DNA of 64,000 bases from an uncultured Solirubrobacterales bacterium (GTDB lineage Bacteria; Actinomycetota; Thermoleophilia; Solirubrobacterales; 70-9): NCBI GenBank assembly GCA_963763985.1, contig CAVXQO010000025.1:15660-79659 (forward strand). The letters run 5' to 3'. Below the pieces are notes generated by a model, which was not told the DNA's origin, searched no databases, and worked only from the letters and a program-made list of their open reading frames with translations. Position numbers and translations under genes: made by a program. This document shows positions 61,301 through 64,000 of the stretch, one piece after another (positions within the stretch are counted from its first letter, which is position 1; every line of letters begins with the position of its first letter).

Positions 61301-64000
61301 GGTAGTCCGTGCTGCCCGCAAGCTTTGTGAAAGCCGGCGACGCGTTGGCGGGGGCGGAGTTCGCGGTGATCAGCAACCGCGACTGCTCATCGTTGACGCG
61401 GCCGGTGCCCGCGAGGACCGTGTCGTCAAACCGCAGTGCGCGCTCGGATTGGATGGCCTGTACCAACGCCACGGCGAGCTTCGACCCGTCGGGCAGGTCC
61501 GTCGGACGCAGCGTCTTCTTGCCGGTGAGCGCGGCAATCGCGTCGGCGTCGAATGCGCTGGCCGATTGCCACTCGGCGACCTCACGCAGAGCGGTCAAAT
61601 CGTCGATACCGGAAACACTGGTCTTGCCGACCAGGTCGAGCAGCTGAAAGAGCTGCGCGATCGAGACATCGAGGATCTGCGCGAGCCGTGCGTGCCGGTA
61701 GAGAAGCGTCAGGTTGGGCGCCGTCACCTTGAACTCTTTGTTCGCCGGGACCGGTGAGGCGCACAGCTTTGTTTCAAGCCCGGCGATCAGCTGCGCAAGC
61801 TGTTCGTCGCTGACCTGCAAACCGGCCGTCAGGCGATGCAGCATGTTGGCGTCTGGGCTGGCGAAACCGGCCTGCGGGTTCGTGTTGAACGCGGGGTGCG
61901 TGAACAGTTTCGTGTCCGGCCACGGCCCGTCTTGACTGCGGAATTGCGGCAGGTTGAAGAGCCTGTCGAACAACGATCGATCGTCGCTCACGGGATCGCT
62001 CGGAATCGCCGTCCACAGCGAGATCAGGTCTTCAAGCGGAATATCCCAATGCCCTTGCAGTTCGACAAGCTTCGCGACCGCAAGCAGCGCCGGCGCGTCC
62101 AGTTGCTGGGAGACCTGGTTGTCGCGCAGCGTCTTGAGCACGAAATCGAGCTCTGCGACCGTCCACGGGACGTGCCGCCAAAGACGCACGAATCGCTGAA
62201 TCCGGTCCAGCCGGTCGCCGGTGAGGCCGTTCACCATCTCGATGTCGTTTTGCACGCTGCCGCTCGATGACCGCTGCGCGTCGATCGTCAGCTTGGTGCC
62301 GGTCCCCGGCTGCACAAATCGCGTGGCGATGACTTCGCCGAATTCCGCGCGGGTCAGGCCGCTCGTTTTCAGAATCACCGATATCTCGACCGGATCGAGG
62401 ACCGCCGACATCGACGCCGGAACGAAGACCGCGAACAGCCCCTGCAGATACGCGCGGCTCTTCGACGTGATGATCAGATCGAACGTCGCCTTCGAAAGAC
62501 CGAGCTGCGCGCGGCACAGGACCTCGGGGTCCTTGCTGAAGCTACGGGCGACGTCCGCCCTCGTCCGCTCGAAATGACCTAGATAGACCGTCAAACGTTC
62601 GAGCGGCAGCGAAAACGGCTGAGCCAGAGAACCGTCGAAGCCGGCAAGCTTTTCGTAGACCTTCTTCTCGACTGCCGCTCGGTCTTTGATGTTGATGTCC
62701 GGGCTCAGCTGCTTCGCGATCAGGTTCTCGAGCACCGAGTTGACGATGTCGAGCGTCGCGACGATCTCATTTGCGTTCTTGCACGTGAGTTCGAGCGTCC
62801 AGAGGTCTGGCCGGCGCGTCTTGAGGTTCAGCGGATGAGATTGCTTCGCTCCCGTGAAGGTGGAAGCGGTGGCCGTGTCATCGACGAACTTCATGAGGTC
62901 CACGAAGTACGCCGAGGGGCTCAGCACCGACTGGCAGTGCGAGCAATTGCAGAAGTTCTGGCTGCCGAAAAGCTCCGCAAAGCCCGGCAGCCGTTTCAGG
63001 AAGTCGCCGGGTGCGTTCGCGACCGCACCGTTGAGCGAGACCATCTCGTCCCGGATCAAATTGTGAATCGCAGCCCAATCCAGGCCGGCCACATTCGTGC
63101 GGTCCTTAGCGGACGCGTGGGCAGCCTTGGTGTCCATGATCGGAATGCCGGTTTTCTTCGCCAGCACTTCAACGTCCTCAGATGCGATCTCAAATGCGGA
63201 GCCGTACCCGGCCTCGAGCAGCTTGACTGTGTCCATCGCATTACCGGCAACTTCGTTAGTGCGCTGAACCTTGCGGAGGGTCGCCAGGACGGTCTCGCGT
63301 TCGGCCTTCTTGACGCCGCTGAAGCTGATCGATCCAACGTCTTCGCTGTCGGGGTGATAGTCGAGCGAGAGAAAGTCGACGTCCGGGTTGCGGTTGTAGG
63401 TGGTTCGCAGCAGTTGCCGCTCGCGGCCCTTCATTGCGCCGCGCTTACCGGAGCCGTCGAGCACGCGGGAAAACAGAAACTGATTCGGGAAGAGGCGCGC
63501 CGTCCGCGCCGTCAGTTCGCGCGCGTAGGTCTCGCGATCAACGCCCTTTGGCGGCTTTGTCTTCGATTCCGCGAGCGCCGCCTGCCAGTCCTCGGGCTCG
63601 AGCCCGACGAGATCCTCCGTGCTCCGCAGCGCGGAATTCTTGGCTCCGGACAGCTTCGTCGCTTTGATCGCCTGCGTGAGTTCGAGTTCGCCGCCGGTCA
63701 GGTGGTAGATCGCGGCCGTCAGTCCGAGGTCGTTCGCTTGGGCGCCGGTGATTGCTTTGCGGTCGACAAGGTCGCCGATCGCGGCGTCGCTGATCAGCGA
63801 AACCTCGTCGACGGACTCCAGGACCGCACCGCGAGCGGACTTCGACAACGCCGCCGCATCCACGAGTGAATGCAGTTCGACGCGGTCGGGATGCTCGGCG
63901 AGGTCCACAGACTGCGTGAACTCGTCGGCAACGTCGCGCGACACGATGTTCTCTGCGATCGCCGCGTCGAGGGTGGCTCGCAGCGTGGTGACCGGCGTCG
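55362..64000 (-). CDS. TcA-like toxin-complex subunit A (giant, more than 2878 aa); 5' end beyond the window
   Basis: A single open frame runs to the window edge. It has the N-terminal CNCSHCQSVLSPSAYFVDLMKF motif. The channel/linker region RRGEEWAHQAKMADNELKQLDKQIKAAEFRKQIAE..RERFTGLGLFTWM and the C-terminal IRALRVSVPCVTGPYANVGATLTM match TcA pore and TcB-binding segments. Confidence 0.85.
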   Translation of the reverse strand, partial: TPVTTLRATLDAAIAENIVSRDVADEFTQSVDLAEHPDRVELHSLVDAAALSKSARGAVLESVDEVSLISDAAIGDLVDRKAITGAQANDLGLTAAIYHLTGGELELTQAIKATKLSGAKNSALRSTEDLVGLEPEDWQAALAESKTKPPKGVDRETYARELTARTARLFPNQFLFSRVLDGSGKRGAMKGRERQLLRTTYNRNPDVDFLSLDYHPDSEDVGSISFSGVKKAERETVLATLRKVQRTNEVAGNAMDTVKLLEAGYGSAFEIASEDVEVLAKKTGIPIMDTKAAHASAKDRTNVAGLDWAAIHNLIRDEMVSLNGAVANAPGDFLKRLPGFAELFGSQNFCNCSHCQSVLSPSAYFVDLMKFVDDTATASTFTGAKQSHPLNLKTRRPDLWTLELTCKNANEIVATLDIVNSVLENLIAKQLSPDINIKDRAAVEKKVYEKLAGFDGSLAQPFSLPLERLTVYLGHFERTRADVARSFSKDPEVLCRAQLGLSKATFDLIITSKSRAYLQGLFAVFVPASMSAVLDPVEISVILKTSGLTRAEFGEVIATRFVQPGTGTKLTIDAQRSSSGSVQNDIEMVNGLTGDRLDRIQRFVRLWRHVPWTVAELDFVLKTLRDNQVSQQLDAPALLAVAKLVELQGHWDIPLEDLISLWTAIPSDPVSDDRSLFDRLFNLPQFRSQDGPWPDTKLFTHPAFNTNPQAGFASPDANMLHRLTAGLQVSDEQLAQLIAGLETKLCASPVPANKEFKVTAPNLTLLYRHARLAQILDVSIAQLFQLLDLVGKTSVSGIDDLTALREVAEWQSASAFDADAIAALTGKKTLRPTDLPDGSKLAVALVQAIQSERALRFDDTVLAGTGRVNDEQSRLLITANSAPANASPAFTKLAGSTDYRVTAGFDIPAGALDVPNSVVPTEITAAADRTAWKQETIRAMRDLLKRFTPAMALPPRMANLLGLSAERFERISAIAAVAPTAQQLELELWRDPVTNAPAVLADMLAALGRYDRLLGSPVFDKDALDFVLASKAMFALTAGITVESVHRVVDFTALATAPDPAFDPEADAPSPVDLRYVLTTGLRAANLDLDKLASALAAERARVASVLPHVKSALPAGNSDPIIALKQLAGAVALAEYLGVDGETFKLTLSDNFDDLRRAADGFFAAFRSKYPDENRFAETIEGFEDKLRGRKRDALADYLLTSPAFRIGLNTDEWIFRTKDEISNHVLMDVQVEGCARTSLVVAASSSVQFYVQRVLMNLEQDRDGKVKVSPAVIPIKEWSWRKNYRVWEANRKVFLFPENYIEPELRDDKTPQFKQLEDTLLQKQITAENVQEAYATYMADFDEVAGLKICGSFHAKDDVAKLDTLHLVGVGPGDPATFYYRTVENAYYSELPSVTGPKPRIAWTPWRKIDVQIPGQRVAPVVFRGKLYVLWFEITTTPKSLIVAGSSKFAGYKHKFAMKYTSLQLDGDWSPPQRIGLDGFQLADGDSIWDPLAEQSEINAALSAWRALAQQITTLPATQMYKVATIWIGLEKKVREGDFAAAKTDIDDMRAADEGGKVNFSPLSAALAPMATPQTDPNGPPHWEPQDSFRLNNFGWTDVFPELAGDELRVTGVGFQRHGKVDFYRRKVGPLPGVFESDPLAPAGVPRWPYRRGSSIYDMRYSASSGWYAAGEYWARAQYADADRLMKLFPWWTPTDIETNTHVSVATLSDPAAEFDVINGSLTDALIDSSGDILLLQGSVRAAPTYLVRRLGTTLADQLSRKLFEDGTEEMLKIDNQLHLKEPQLPLSLTVNVENKGNAGKLDFTGPFGMYYREIFFQIPFLIANHLNSQGKFAAAQYWYDRIFDPTAPDVAGLRNPSNRVWQYLEFRNLDKINAKSMRDLLVDPDAISAYKKDPFNPHAIARVRFSAYQKSIVMKYIDNLLDWADSLFTQFTMESVNEATMLYLMAAEILGDRPADVGDCDEAKDPVTYQMVSDQRKKNVAQDFLIELESLDAGAVKSDPNQYVYTIDTGSASEVMVTKSYAMSAAPQYGGGAGQGGEGDGGYGQGTYEYDGGQLANPFGWDQSPLTLPAAAEGTPLKELSLGGEVSGFAPAPADPPRGGDVEPGVIPDFGGFQIDPKIKNKLDTEPRFQGGVVGAPHRDDDFGSIKFVPASVATSSVIFCVPENKELLAYWDRVEDRLFKVRNCMDITGVRRQLALFAPEIDPRLLVRMAAAGLSLDDVLASTSAGTPAYRFTYLLEKARQSATSVQALGSQLQAAMEKRDTEELNKLRAVHEQNLLKLRTQIQRWEINNAEETVDSITRQREGVQYRKDFYDKLVSDGLSGWETTQQVSRHVVSGLHTLEATIQLIAAATSLLPQFGAPTAMKYGGLEVSGAAARFAFASQAFGTAAEAASASAGLEATFQRRGEEWAHQAKMADNELKQLDKQIKAAEFRKQIAERSLEVHEKSIEQTEEIFDFYRERFTGLGLFTWMSKQLSDLHHDTFNGALELAKAAERAFQFELDSDDDPVIEANYWDASKSGLLAGDRLLADLQDLERKYIEQNYRCLEVNQSFSLAQWNPAALQKLKQTGSCDFAIPELFYDLTYPGHYSRRIRALRVSVPCVTGPYANVGATLTMTGSQIRREPDANAAALKTVNLSRADSIATSRGLSDAGVFEFNFRDERFNHFEGAGAVSSWKLSLPKNFRPFDYDSISDVILHVDYSAKEDGTFRDSVETSMAAIQNQVLTFFKDVKLFRSFSLRHEFPTEFNRLVTSPKDTEIDFNLSEKFLPMFAAGRSTRVAGARLALVPKKGQATTGFRIAINGSNRSSFTADDTLGNLPTNDGFEALFTSGMTTQLKLAIKDAGPLSPPAAAAGDGVIDSAKLLDAILVLEYRLVK

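Overview
The window is very high-G+C and looks like Actinomycetota or Thermoleophilia; that assignment is an inference from gene content (MMPL, WS/DGAT, GT-C mannosyltransferase, GH76). It has two parts.

**Part 1, nt 1-39,100: ordinary chromosomal metabolism and envelope genes.**
- A gamma-glutamylation-type amine catabolic cluster.
- RidA plus threonine ammonia-lyase.
- A BVMO, esterase and crotonase group.
- An ArsR-DUF2892-MMPL operon.
- A RipA-like NlpC/P60 hydrolase and an HD-GYP response regulator.
- Wax-ester/TAG genes.
- A mannan module (GT-C plus GH76).
- A B12-binding MerR (CarH/LitR-like) regulator, divergent from an SDR / SRPBCC / FAD-oxidoreductase / DUF1365 operon.

**Part 2, nt 39,100-64,000: accessory DNA.** Four same-orientation copies of the 3' half of an initiator-type tRNA-Met cut it into modules (39118, 46432, 52221, 54149). 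I found no intact tRNA and no integrase. The modules are:
- a phospholipid-scavenging-like set (patatin, SCP2-hydrolase, GDPD, aminotransferase plus kinase-like protein);
- a lower-G+C set with an M19-like dipeptidase, a metallophosphoesterase, a membrane-anchored NB-ARC/TPR STAND NTPase and a small protein sharing its N-terminal motif;
- a single-gene receiver/thioredoxin-reductase cassette;
- a 5'-truncated TcA-like toxin gene of at least 8.6 kb with no TcB/TcC partner downstream.

**Caveat.** About 20 genes are split over two or more reading frames (roughly 40 frame changes by my hand count). The breaks occur in patches, most likely from assembly indel errors. Gene ends near those sites are approximate. 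No CRISPR array, rRNA, intact tRNA or transposase was seen.
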